A stretch of DNA of 64,000 bases from a virus: UHGV virus genome UHGV-1364187. The stretch is one strand, 5' to 3'. Made by a program: the position numbers and the translations under genes. The notes beneath the pieces were generated by a model. The model saw only the letters and a list, made by a program, of their open reading frames with translations. It was not told the DNA's origin and ran no database searches. Shown here in pieces: positions 55,266 to 64,000 of this stretch (within the stretch, counting starts at the first letter, position 1; each line of letters begins with the position of its first letter).

Positions 55266-57422
55266 ATGGTTCAACAACAATTTACGTATCAACAGAAAGT
55301 ATACTATGATACTTCTACAACTAATGCATCATTTATACGGATGCATTATTATTTAAAACAATCTGGTAGAACAAATAATATGTTTATGCTGTCTATATTT
55401 GATCCAGATCTTATAGGTATTAATCCTAGAGATCCAAGATTAAATAAGATTATGAAACTTAAAATTTTTAAAGAAGTTAAAGTAAATTTCTGGTATTTCA
55501 TAAGAGAAGTTATTAGGATACCTGACCAAGGTGGTGCTATAGGTAGCGGTAAACAATATGAACTTCATCGTGGAAATATGGCTATGAACTTTGGATTTAT
55601 ACTTAACTGGTGTATGTTTGTAGAGTTTCCTCGACAGAATGGTAAAACGATTAGTGCTGTATGTTGGTATTTGTGGTTATTTAATTTCGGAACAACTAAC
55701 TCTGAAATTATGTTTATTAATAAATCATTCTCTGACTCTAAACTTAACCTTGAACGTCTTAAAGATATTAGAGAAGCACTTCCTGATTATCTAAGAATGG
55801 ATCAACCTATTAGAGATAGAGACGGTAAGCTTATTAAACCAGTATCTAGGGTAGAAACATTAGAGCATATTACTAATGGTAATAAAATTAAAACTCTTGC
55901 ATCAGCAACAAGTGAATCTGTTGCTAATACTAGAGGACGTGGATGTACTCAACCTTGTCAATGGTATGATGAACATGCATTCATACCTCATGTTGATTTA
56001 GTATATAAATCAGCTACGCCTGCATACAAAACAGCATCTCAAAATGCTCGTACTAATGGTAAAAACTATGGTATTCTTATTACAACAACACCTGGTGATT
56101 TGACAACTAAATCTGGTAAAGCATCTAATGCTGTTAGATTAGCAGCTACTCCATTTAATGAGAAATTCTACGATTTACCATTAAATGAATTACAAGAGAT
56201 TATTTCAAGAAATACAGATTCTCCATTTGTATATATTAGATACACATATCAACAACTTGGTAGAGGAGAAGATTGGTTTAGAGAAATTTGTATTCTTATG
56301 CAAAAAGACTGGAGTGCTATTAGACGTGAAGTATTACTTGAATGGTCTACTGCATCTGATAATTCTCCATTTACAAAAGAAGATTTAAATAAAGTAAAAC
56401 AATGGATAGTTCAAGAACCTATTCATACTATGATGATTAGAGGATTCTTTGTAAATATTTATTCTCAAATGGATCCAAGTGTATCCATGTTCCAATATCC
56501 ACCATTAATAGGTGTCGATGTATCTGGTGGATATCAACGAGATTCATCTGCTATTACTATAGTAGATTCAAAAGATACAAAAGTAGTAGGAGATTTAAAT
56601 TATAACTATATTAAACAAGACGATTTAGCTGCAGTTATATATGATCTAGTTACGCTTTATATGCCAACTGCAATTGTAAACATTGAACGAAATGGTGGAT
56701 TTGGTGCTTCTGTATTATCTAAACTTGTAAAAACTAAGATTAAACGAAATTTATATTATGAGATTAAAGATAGAGTAATAGAAGAACGTGTAGTTAATGG
56801 ATCTGTAAATAAAATTAAAAAGAAAGTGAAATGTTATGGATTCGATAATACTAAGAATAGTCGTAATAGATTGATGGATATTCTTAGAAACAGAATGGAT
56901 AATCATAAAGATAAGTTTATATCTCCTATTATATATAGAGAACTGGAAGGACTTATTGTAACAAAAGATGGAAGAATAGATCACTCTACAGAAACTCATG
57001 ATGACCAAGTATTTTCTTATCTATTAGCACTATATATGTGGTATGATGGTAAGAGTATGAAAGAAACTTGGGGATTAGACAAGAGAGAATTATTAACAGA
57101 TGAAGAAAGTGATGAAGTTATTAATGATATTAGTGAAAAAGAATATAATATCATGAAAGAACTAGGTCTAGTTGATAATGAAGTTGTTAAATCTCAATTG
57201 GATAAACTCGATAAGTCTATAACATATGAACAATATAGACAGAAAGAATATGAAGAAGATCAAAAAGCTTTACAACAACTCATTAGAACAAATCCAAGAG
57301 CATTACAAGAATATGCAAGATTAAATGCATTAGATCCAGAAGAATTAAAGATACAAACTAATACTGGAGTATTTGTTGTGCCAGCATCTGTATATGATAT
57401 GAGTCATATAGATGATGAATAA
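55266..57422 (+). CDS. terminase large subunit (T4 gp17-like)
   Basis: Walker A FPRQNGKT (compare T4 SRQLGKT). Nuclease-domain IGVDVSGGYQRDSSAITIV. C-terminal HDDQVFSYLLALYMW. Confidence 0.8.
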   Translation: MVQQQFTYQQKVYYDTSTTNASFIRMHYYLKQSGRTNNMFMLSIFDPDLIGINPRDPRLNKIMKLKIFKEVKVNFWYFIREVIRIPDQGGAIGSGKQYELHRGNMAMNFGFILNWCMFVEFPRQNGKTISAVCWYLWLFNFGTTNSEIMFINKSFSDSKLNLERLKDIREALPDYLRMDQPIRDRDGKLIKPVSRVETLEHITNGNKIKTLASATSESVANTRGRGCTQPCQWYDEHAFIPHVDLVYKSATPAYKTASQNARTNGKNYGILITTTPGDLTTKSGKASNAVRLAATPFNEKFYDLPLNELQEIISRNTDSPFVYIRYTYQQLGRGEDWFREICILMQKDWSAIRREVLLEWSTASDNSPFTKEDLNKVKQWIVQEPIHTMMIRGFFVNIYSQMDPSVSMFQYPPLIGVDVSGGYQRDSSAITIVDSKDTKVVGDLNYNYIKQDDLAAVIYDLVTLYMPTAIVNIERNGGFGASVLSKLVKTKIKRNLYYEIKDRVIEERVVNGSVNKIKKKVKCYGFDNTKNSRNRLMDILRNRMDNHKDKFISPIIYRELEGLIVTKDGRIDHSTETHDDQVFSYLLALYMWYDGKSMKETWGLDKRELLTDEESDEVINDISEKEYNIMKELGLVDNEVVKSQLDKLDKSITYEQYRQKEYEEDQKALQQLIRTNPRALQEYARLNALDPEELKIQTNTGVFVVPASVYDMSHIDDE

Positions 57423-57455
57423 AAGACTAGCTAAGCTAGTCTTTTATTTTTACGT
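57423..57455 (+). terminator. terminator AAAGACTAGCTAAGCTAGTCTTTTATTTTT
   Basis: palindrome plus T tract. Confidence 0.7.
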
Positions 57456-57511
57456 TTTTAATACATATAGAACTTATACATAATCAAATTATAAAATATG
57501 GAGGGATTTTT

Positions 57512-58144
57512 ATGAAAGAATATATATATGGTAATACATGGAAAGAATTAGAGATGATGTTACCAAAAAATGAAAGTTATTATATCATGTTGTATTATAT
57601 GAAGCATCATAAGAATTATAGTATATACATTATGAATGATAATATAGAAGCTCATATATCATATAATAAAGAAGATACAATATATGATAATGCTAAGATT
57701 TTGATGTGGATATGTGATTTATTTAATATAAAATCTATAGGTATATTTGATGAAGATAAGAGTAATCTTGAAAAATTTATAAATGATCTTAATGACAACA
57801 CAAGAAAACTTATATATAAGACTGAAGAAAGTTTTAATATAAATTTCAAGAAAGAAACATTTGTTCATTATTCTATTAGTAAAGATAGTAGTTTTTCTAA
57901 CTATGAGAATACTGTTGATTATATATACAGTAAATTGAAATCGGAATGTAAAGATACAGAACCAAAACATAATCTTGATTTGAAAACGATTCTTAACAAT
58001 CCAACATTAGTTGACACATTATGTGATGAAGATAAAGAAAATATTGTTGATGAAATCTTATGTAATGCTAAATATTTAGCTTACTGGATAGAAGAATCAC
58101 ATCCTATATTAGAAGAAGTTATAGAAAAACTTAAGGAGGATTAG
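57512..58144 (+). CDS. hypothetical protein
   Basis: ORF with RBS ATGGAGGG. Confidence 0.5.
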   Translation: MKEYIYGNTWKELEMMLPKNESYYIMLYYMKHHKNYSIYIMNDNIEAHISYNKEDTIYDNAKILMWICDLFNIKSIGIFDEDKSNLEKFINDLNDNTRKLIYKTEESFNINFKKETFVHYSISKDSSFSNYENTVDYIYSKLKSECKDTEPKHNLDLKTILNNPTLVDTLCDEDKENIVDEILCNAKYLAYWIEESHPILEEVIEKLKED

Positions 58145-58146
58145 TT

Positions 58147-59229
58147 ATGAAATATGATATGGATTATATGAAGATTAGAAAACTATTAGAAGAAGGAAAG
58201 AAATATATATTTTCTATCACATACAATAAAACAGACTATAGTTGTACTATATTAGGAATGGATAAAAGTGTAGTTGTATCTTTCATTAATGAATCATTTA
58301 AATATGGTGTAACCAAGATGCTTACCGAATGTAAACAGTATATAAGACTTATAGTACTTAATCCAAGTGAATATTCATTAGCTTTATATAAAGCTATTAA
58401 TGAGATGAGTACATTAAAAGATCTTCTTGTATCTGATTCTATTATGGAATCAGTATACGGTAGTTTAGTTATAGATAGAATATCATTAACTAAAAAAGAT
58501 TTAGAATACACTAAAGAAAAATCTATAAACAAAGATTATATATCTTATAAAGAGTTATCAGAAAAGAGTAAAAAAGGGTATAAATACTATGACACTAATA
58601 CTGATGATAAATTGTCAAATAATTTTAAATCTAAAGGTGTTTTAAATTATGAATTACATCAAGTCATTTATGATAAAACACTATTAGAAACATATGACTT
58701 AGAAAGATCTATAGAAGAGTGTAAAAAGAATGTATTTTATTTCTTTAAACGTGTTCTTAAACATGACCTAACGGAATATGAAGTATTACTATTATTTTTA
58801 TATTCATTAGACTTTTCAATTACTGTACATGAATATGATAACATGATATCACGAGATATAAATAATCTAATATCAAATCTTATGATATATGATCATTTAT
58901 TTGGAAATAATAATTTATATGGAATATCATATTCAAATCTAACCGACAATTGTGTAAGTATTATACCTACTATATCAAAATATGTAAAAGATATTAGCAA
59001 ACTCAAAGAGTATATTTCAAAGTATACTTTGAAATATGAATGGCATAATTATACGGCTAAATTAAAATTTGATCAATCTATGAAAATAGAGAAATATATT
59101 ATGAATCATCACCTTGTTAAGAATAAATGTATGAAGTATAAGATTGAACAATTATATGGACTATTTGATGTTCCATATGATGAAATATTAAAACTATTTC
59201 CTAATAAGGAAATCTATATAACAATATAG
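58147..59229 (+). CDS. hypothetical protein
   Basis: ORF with RBS AAGGAGGA. Confidence 0.5.
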   Translation: MKYDMDYMKIRKLLEEGKKYIFSITYNKTDYSCTILGMDKSVVVSFINESFKYGVTKMLTECKQYIRLIVLNPSEYSLALYKAINEMSTLKDLLVSDSIMESVYGSLVIDRISLTKKDLEYTKEKSINKDYISYKELSEKSKKGYKYYDTNTDDKLSNNFKSKGVLNYELHQVIYDKTLLETYDLERSIEECKKNVFYFFKRVLKHDLTEYEVLLLFLYSLDFSITVHEYDNMISRDINNLISNLMIYDHLFGNNNLYGISYSNLTDNCVSIIPTISKYVKDISKLKEYISKYTLKYEWHNYTAKLKFDQSMKIEKYIMNHHLVKNKCMKYKIEQLYGLFDVPYDEILKLFPNKEIYITI

Positions 59230-59258
59230 AAGAGGTATATTACCTCTTCTATTTATTT
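59225..59258 (+). terminator. terminator AGAAGAGGTATATTACCTCTTCTATTTATTTTTT
   Basis: stem plus T tract. Confidence 0.65.
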
Positions 59259-59313
59259 TTTATCTTATCCTTAACTTAATTATAATTGAAAACTTATAAA
59301 GGAGGAATATATA

Positions 59314-60063
59314 ATGTCATTTGCAACTCAAAATATGAGTAATTATACTATTCATCAAGAAAATGAAGCATTAAAAGTTGTATCTCATTTGAATGAGATG
59401 TCAATTATTGATATTGTAAAACAAGATTTTATGCAAAGATATGATTTTAGTTTAGTATTACCTATTAATAATTTGCCTTCTATTATTGAACAAACTTTCA
59501 AACAAACAGAAGATACTTATCCAGAAAGTGTTCAAGATTTAGAAAATAGAAAAAATGAATTGTATAGAGTGATATTAGATAATGTTGCTCAATTATGTAA
59601 TGTAGTATTTGATGAAGTTGATGATTCATCATTATATTCATTTACATATTACGCTTATGATTTTCTTATTAGTAACTTCAAACCATATCTTATTTCTTTC
59701 TTTACTAATTTTATCATAAAAGAAAAGAATAATATCTATATTAATATGAACTTATCTATGTATAAGAAAGAAAAGAACTCTTCTACTAAATATGGAAAAT
59801 CTATGTATACTAATACTAAATTAGCTATCATTTCGGCTTATTTAGATTTGGTAATAAACAATATGAGTACATTTGATATTGATTTGGAAACTATACTGTC
59901 TAATGTATATCCAAACAATTCGATCATTACATTATTAGGAAATATACATCCTATTAATAATTTTTACACAGATAATTATATTTCATTAGTGAATACTCCA
60001 TTATTAAGACAATCTATTGTATCTAATATTAGATTTGCCTTACATAATGCTGCTATTAACTAA
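59314..60063 (+). CDS. hypothetical protein
   Basis: ORF with RBS AAAGGAGGAATATATA ATG. Confidence 0.5.
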   Translation: MSFATQNMSNYTIHQENEALKVVSHLNEMSIIDIVKQDFMQRYDFSLVLPINNLPSIIEQTFKQTEDTYPESVQDLENRKNELYRVILDNVAQLCNVVFDEVDDSSLYSFTYYAYDFLISNFKPYLISFFTNFIIKEKNNIYINMNLSMYKKEKNSSTKYGKSMYTNTKLAIISAYLDLVINNMSTFDIDLETILSNVYPNNSIITLLGNIHPINNFYTDNYISLVNTPLLRQSIVSNIRFALHNAAIN

Positions 60064-60083
60064 CTTTTTAGGAGGACATTAAT

Positions 60084-61331
60084 ATGAATGAAGAATTATT
60101 AAAAATGAGAGAAGAAATAGATAAATTACCAGAAGAAGAAAAAATCAAAAAAATAGCAGATAGTATTGGAATGAAAATGGATGATCAAGATATTCAACAT
60201 GCTAAAATGACAGATGAGCAACTAGATGCTATATGTAATGTATTAGCAGATAATAAACCAGAAGTATTAAATGATAGAATGGATTTTGAATCAGAAGAGT
60301 ATAAAGAATATGTAAAACAATTACAATCTTCAGAGCAAAAAGAACATTTAGCTACAGTAGCTGTTAATCCTATTAATGGCGGTGCATTAGTATTAGCTAC
60401 TCATGATGAAGATGAAATAGGATACATAGATAAACCAACAGAAGAAATTGATTTGGTAAAAATATTCGATAAAGAAAAAGAAGAAATTACATTTGATCTA
60501 TGTAAAGAAACATTCGTTAATATCTACGGCATTACAGATAAAGAAGAACAAAAAGTCTTATTTGATGCTATTATGGATGTAGATAATGTAAAATTCGATG
60601 ATCTCCCATCCAAAATCAAAGGTATGGTTATGGGAGCTATTCAAGGTCAAGAAATTGATAATAAAATTATTGACGAATTTACAAAATATCTATTAAACAA
60701 TATGAAAACCGATATTGTCGCTAACAAAGCTGCAACTGTTGATCTTGATAAAGAGATTTCTAAATATAAATCTGAATCTAACAAAATTATGTCAGAAGCA
60801 TTAGAACATAATAGAACTGTATTAGAAAAAGAGCTTTCAAAAATTGCAGATAAAGCTGAACAAGAGGGATTAAAGAAAAAAGCTGCACAATTAAGAAGAT
60901 GCATTAAAGGTTTTGTTGACTCTTATACTTTTGAACCATTATTTAGAGATTGGAAAACATTAAAGATTAAAGGTAAAAGAGTTTCTATTAAAAAGTATCT
61001 AGAAGCGGAATTACCTAACTATAGACAACATATTATGAAATTTGATAATAGATATAGACAAAGTAATAAAAACATTCATAGTTCTGGACTTATTTTACAT
61101 ACATTAAAGAGATGCCTACCAAATGAGTCAGAGCAGGATCTTAAGAAATTTGTAATTTTATTTTGTATGTATTCTTCATTACTAGACGTAAATAAATATG
61201 AAGATCATATTTTCATGTATTATACAATTCATGATATTATTTCTCTTGATGCTATTCCAGATAAATCTATTGGATTGTCAAGAGAGATCTTAGAGAATAT
61301 TAAGAAAGTTATAGATGAAGTTATTAAATAG
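60084..61331 (+). CDS. acidic coiled-coil protein (virion morphogenesis candidate)
   Basis: ORF with RBS TAGGAGGACATTAAT ATG. Confidence 0.5.
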   Translation: MNEELLKMREEIDKLPEEEKIKKIADSIGMKMDDQDIQHAKMTDEQLDAICNVLADNKPEVLNDRMDFESEEYKEYVKQLQSSEQKEHLATVAVNPINGGALVLATHDEDEIGYIDKPTEEIDLVKIFDKEKEEITFDLCKETFVNIYGITDKEEQKVLFDAIMDVDNVKFDDLPSKIKGMVMGAIQGQEIDNKIIDEFTKYLLNNMKTDIVANKAATVDLDKEISKYKSESNKIMSEALEHNRTVLEKELSKIADKAEQEGLKKKAAQLRRCIKGFVDSYTFEPLFRDWKTLKIKGKRVSIKKYLEAELPNYRQHIMKFDNRYRQSNKNIHSSGLILHTLKRCLPNESEQDLKKFVILFCMYSSLLDVNKYEDHIFMYYTIHDIISLDAIPDKSIGLSREILENIKKVIDEVIK

Positions 61332-61370
61332 AAAAAGAAGAGAATCTTAAATGATTCTCTTCTTTTTAAT
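61332..61370 (+). terminator. terminator AAGAAGAGAATCTTAAATGATTCTCTTCTTTTT
   Basis: stem plus T tract. Confidence 0.7.
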
Positions 61371-61415
61371 TTCTTTAACTACAATGTAATAGATTAAAAC
61401 GAAAGGACTGATAAA

Positions 61416-62138
61416 ATGGGAATGCCTAGTTTTTTAAAGAAAGAAGGACATAGTATAATTTATAATGGTAAAGGAACATTAGTTTTCTTTATACCAACAT
61501 TCTTTTTTTCTAAAGGATATGCTGAATCTATAGGAGAAAATATTAGTTTATTTGGTGTATTTGATTATGCAATATATGATGAAAAAGGTAATATATCTAA
61601 ATCACTTACTAATTTTAAACTACCTACTGTTTTCTTAACAAGACCAAGTAATATGGAAACAAAAAAAGATGTAAAACTTACAAAAAACACTAAACCTCAA
61701 GATTATAGACTTCTTAAATATAAACAAGGAGATTTAGTATTTGTATCTTGTAAACTTCCACAATCTATTGACAATGCTGAAATGTTATTTAAAATGATGA
61801 TTACTGCTGATATGCCTAATACTATTCCATATGATAAGATACATGACTATTGGGAATTGTCTATGGCATTAAATGGAACTAAGTATGGTATATCACAACA
61901 AATATTTGGAATATTTTCATCAGAAGTATTTAGAAAGATTGATGATAAAACTATTCCATTTAGATTATCTGGAGAAAAAGATATGACTAGATATCAAATG
62001 ATTTCTATTAAGATGATACCTAATTTAGTAACACCATTTACAGCATTTATAAGTGAAAACTGGGATGAATCTATGGTATATGCTAGTATGAATAATAATA
62101 AGAAAGAAATCCCTCTAGAGAAAATCATGATGATGTAG
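61416..62138 (+). CDS. hypothetical protein
   Basis: ORF. Confidence 0.5.
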   Translation: MGMPSFLKKEGHSIIYNGKGTLVFFIPTFFFSKGYAESIGENISLFGVFDYAIYDEKGNISKSLTNFKLPTVFLTRPSNMETKKDVKLTKNTKPQDYRLLKYKQGDLVFVSCKLPQSIDNAEMLFKMMITADMPNTIPYDKIHDYWELSMALNGTKYGISQQIFGIFSSEVFRKIDDKTIPFRLSGEKDMTRYQMISIKMIPNLVTPFTAFISENWDESMVYASMNNNKKEIPLEKIMMM

Positions 62139-62201
62139 TTCTTGTTTTCCTAACATGTAAATAATTAGAGCAAGACTCTATCAATAAAGGAGGAATCAAT
62201 T

Positions 62202-64000
62202 ATGGCTAAAATAGCTCCAAAGACTACATTTAGCTGGACCAATAATTCTCAGATTTCTACTATGACATCTGTATCAGAAGACGCACCAATTATTCTTGTT
62301 GCATCTACATCTGATAAAGGTACTGAAGATCTGAAACTTGTTAGCGGTTCAGCGTTCTTCAAAGAATATGTATCAGATAAGAAATCTATGTATACACGAC
62401 ACGGTCAACCATTACTTCAAGCAGCTGCTGTTGCTGAAGCTGGTGGAAAAATTTTATTCAAACGTATTGTTGCAGAAGATTCTAAATTGGCTAATGCCAT
62501 TGTAAGTGTTAAAGCTACAAAAGTTCCAGATACTCCTGGTCAGAATCCTGGAGATCCTTCAATTCCACCAGCACCTGGAACACCTCATGTAACTTTAAAA
62601 ATTCAAGTTGATACATTAACAGATGCTACTACAATGAATGAAGTAAAAGCTCATGCTGCTACTTTAGAATCAACAGCATCTGATAATGAGAAAACTTATC
62701 CTTTATTTGTATTCTGTGATACAGGTAGAGGTGCATCAGACAAGAGATTTAGAATTACACCAGATTATTCATCTGCTAGAGAATTAACTTTCATGAGATA
62801 TTCTTTCACAGTATTAGAAGGTACAACAAAACTTGAAGAAATGCAATTCTCTTTAGATCCAAATATTGAATATAATGGTGAAAATTTCGGATTAAATTCA
62901 GTTGTTAGAACAAATAGTACCCAACTTAAAGCTTATGTATATGAAGACAACATTGAAGCTTTAGCTGAATATGTAGCTCAAATTTTAGATACAGATAAAG
63001 ACACAATGCTGTTAACAGATATCTTAGGAGGTACTTCTCGTAATGGTATCGCTAATCCAGAGATTGAAATTGATGTTGATTCTATTAACCTTAATAATAC
63101 TCTAGGTGTAAGCTTACTTAGTGGAGATAATGGATCTTTCACAGATAAACCTATTCTTAATGGTGGTGATCCATACACAGAAGCATTAGTTGATGTATTT
63201 GCAAAAGAAGAAGATAATGAATTATTTGATGTTGATAAATATCAAATTGATGCTGTATTCGATGCTAATTATCCAGATGAAGTTAAGAAAGCTATCGAGG
63301 AATTAGCAGTTTACCGTACAGACTTTATGTTCTTTAGAGATCTTGGATTCGTATATACATATGACCAAATTAAAGCAAAAGCAGATCAAGTAACACCAAC
63401 TTACTTTGTTGCTATGTATCATAACTCATATGATATTATCGATCCGTATACAAAGAAACAAATTCCTGTTACTGTAACTTATTCATTAGCTAAACTATTT
63501 ATAAATCACTTTACAAGTGGTAAAGCTAATCCATTTGAAGGTATCAGATATAATATTATTTTATCTGATGCTATTGAAGGAACAGTAAATTATTTACCAA
63601 GAAAACTTAAATCTTCTGATCAAAAACAAGCTTTGGTTGATATTAATGTAAACTATGCTTCATATTACGGAGATACATTCGTAATTGAAACTCAATTCAC
63701 AGCAGATTTACAATATACTCAACTGTCTTGGTTAAACAATGTTATCTTAGTACAAGAAATTGTAAAAATGCTTAGAGAATACTGTCCAAGAACCAGATAT
63801 ACATTTATTGATGGTGATGGTAATGGTGATACACAAGCATTTGATAACTATAAGAAGAGTGTTGAAGAAAGACTCAATGAGTACAAAGGAAACTTCACAT
63901 CACTCGAATTCGAATGGCAATATGACGAAACACAAGTACAAAATAAAATCTTCTATGCAACTATTAAGTTTGCATTCAGAAACTTCATTGAGAGCGAACA
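62202..64000 (+). CDS. virion structural protein, tail-sheath-like (3' partial; open to the window end)
   Basis: RBS AAAGGAGGAATCAATT ATG. Not in the ORF track because no stop falls within the window. GC above the local background. N-terminus APKTTFSWTNNSQISTMTSVSEDAPIILVASTSDKGTEDLKLVSGSAFFKEYV resembles sheath-protein N-termini. Long beta-rich sequence. Confidence 0.45.
   Translation, partial: MAKIAPKTTFSWTNNSQISTMTSVSEDAPIILVASTSDKGTEDLKLVSGSAFFKEYVSDKKSMYTRHGQPLLQAAAVAEAGGKILFKRIVAEDSKLANAIVSVKATKVPDTPGQNPGDPSIPPAPGTPHVTLKIQVDTLTDATTMNEVKAHAATLESTASDNEKTYPLFVFCDTGRGASDKRFRITPDYSSARELTFMRYSFTVLEGTTKLEEMQFSLDPNIEYNGENFGLNSVVRTNSTQLKAYVYEDNIEALAEYVAQILDTDKDTMLLTDILGGTSRNGIANPEIEIDVDSINLNNTLGVSLLSGDNGSFTDKPILNGGDPYTEALVDVFAKEEDNELFDVDKYQIDAVFDANYPDEVKKAIEELAVYRTDFMFFRDLGFVYTYDQIKAKADQVTPTYFVAMYHNSYDIIDPYTKKQIPVTVTYSLAKLFINHFTSGKANPFEGIRYNIILSDAIEGTVNYLPRKLKSSDQKQALVDINVNYASYYGDTFVIETQFTADLQYTQLSWLNNVILVQEIVKMLREYCPRTRYTFIDGDGNGDTQAFDNYKKSVEERLNEYKGNFTSLEFEWQYDETQVQNKIFYATIKFAFRNFIESE

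Noticed and set aside
1-64000. tRNA, rRNA and CRISPR search
   Set aside because: The few GC-richer patches (450-470, 5480-5600, 50870-50940) contain no tRNA-like T-loop (GGTTCGANTCC) or acceptor pairing. No direct-repeat/spacer array is present.
1-64000. Identification as Bacillus phage AR9/PBS1 (uracil-DNA jumbo phage with similar GC and split RNAPs)
   Set aside because: I cannot verify identity without a database search. The presence of a ThyA-family enzyme and the inability to recall matching gene order argue for leaving the phage unnamed.

Overview
This window is an AT-rich (roughly 27-28% GC), densely packed stretch of a large virulent phage genome. The strong AAGGAGG-type ribosome-binding sites and frequent hairpin plus T-tract terminators fit a low-GC Gram-positive host. 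Most genes sit on the minus strand between about 5.7 and 50.8 kb, with plus-strand blocks at 0.7-5.4 kb, 22.4-25 kb, 36.3-38.9 kb and 51-64 kb.

Recognisable products:
- Two fragments of a split multisubunit RNA polymerase beta-prime homolog: an N-terminal piece at 1106-2611 and a C-terminal piece at 33551..31482. This resembles phiKZ/AR9-type jumbo phages.
- The C-terminal palm/thumb part of a family-B DNA polymerase, interrupted exactly after the DTDS catalytic motif by a ~0.4 kb ORF-less group I intron.
- A second, related group I intron in the beta-prime gene that carries a multiply frameshifted HNH/NUMOD4 homing-endonuclease gene.
- Replication and nucleotide-metabolism genes: zinc-ribbon/TOPRIM primase, DEAH SF2 helicase, thymidylate-synthase-family enzyme, dCMP deaminase and a gp32-like SSB candidate.
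- Other enzymes and chaperones: a GroEL-like chaperonin, a classic-clade AAA+ ATPase, a minimal GH13 alpha-amylase-like protein, two tandem macro-domain proteins, two HExxH metallopeptidases and two Bro-N paralogs.
- Virion genes: a T4-type large terminase, a scaffold-like acidic repeat protein, a probable major capsid protein and a tail-sheath-like protein running off the 3' end.

The most unusual observations are:
- A short terminal peptide module, [I/V/L][I/V]PA[T/E/F]I followed by a charged stretch. It sits at the extreme N- or C-terminus of at least nine otherwise unrelated proteins, including four consecutive genes at 27.8-33.6 kb, and occurs three times in tandem at one N-terminus. Synonymous codon variation shows the conservation is at the protein level.
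- A strongly conserved promoter plus leader cassette, ...TTCAATTATATATTATATAAATGAATAATAATATT-AAAGGAGATGTTTATAATG, in front of more than 15 minus-strand genes. It creates artefactual MFIMK N-termini in the ORF track.
- Several genes interrupted at homopolymer runs (A6, A7, T8).
- A promoter-to-terminator unit at 5.4-5.7 kb with no convincing ORF, a candidate small RNA.

No tRNA, rRNA or CRISPR was seen.
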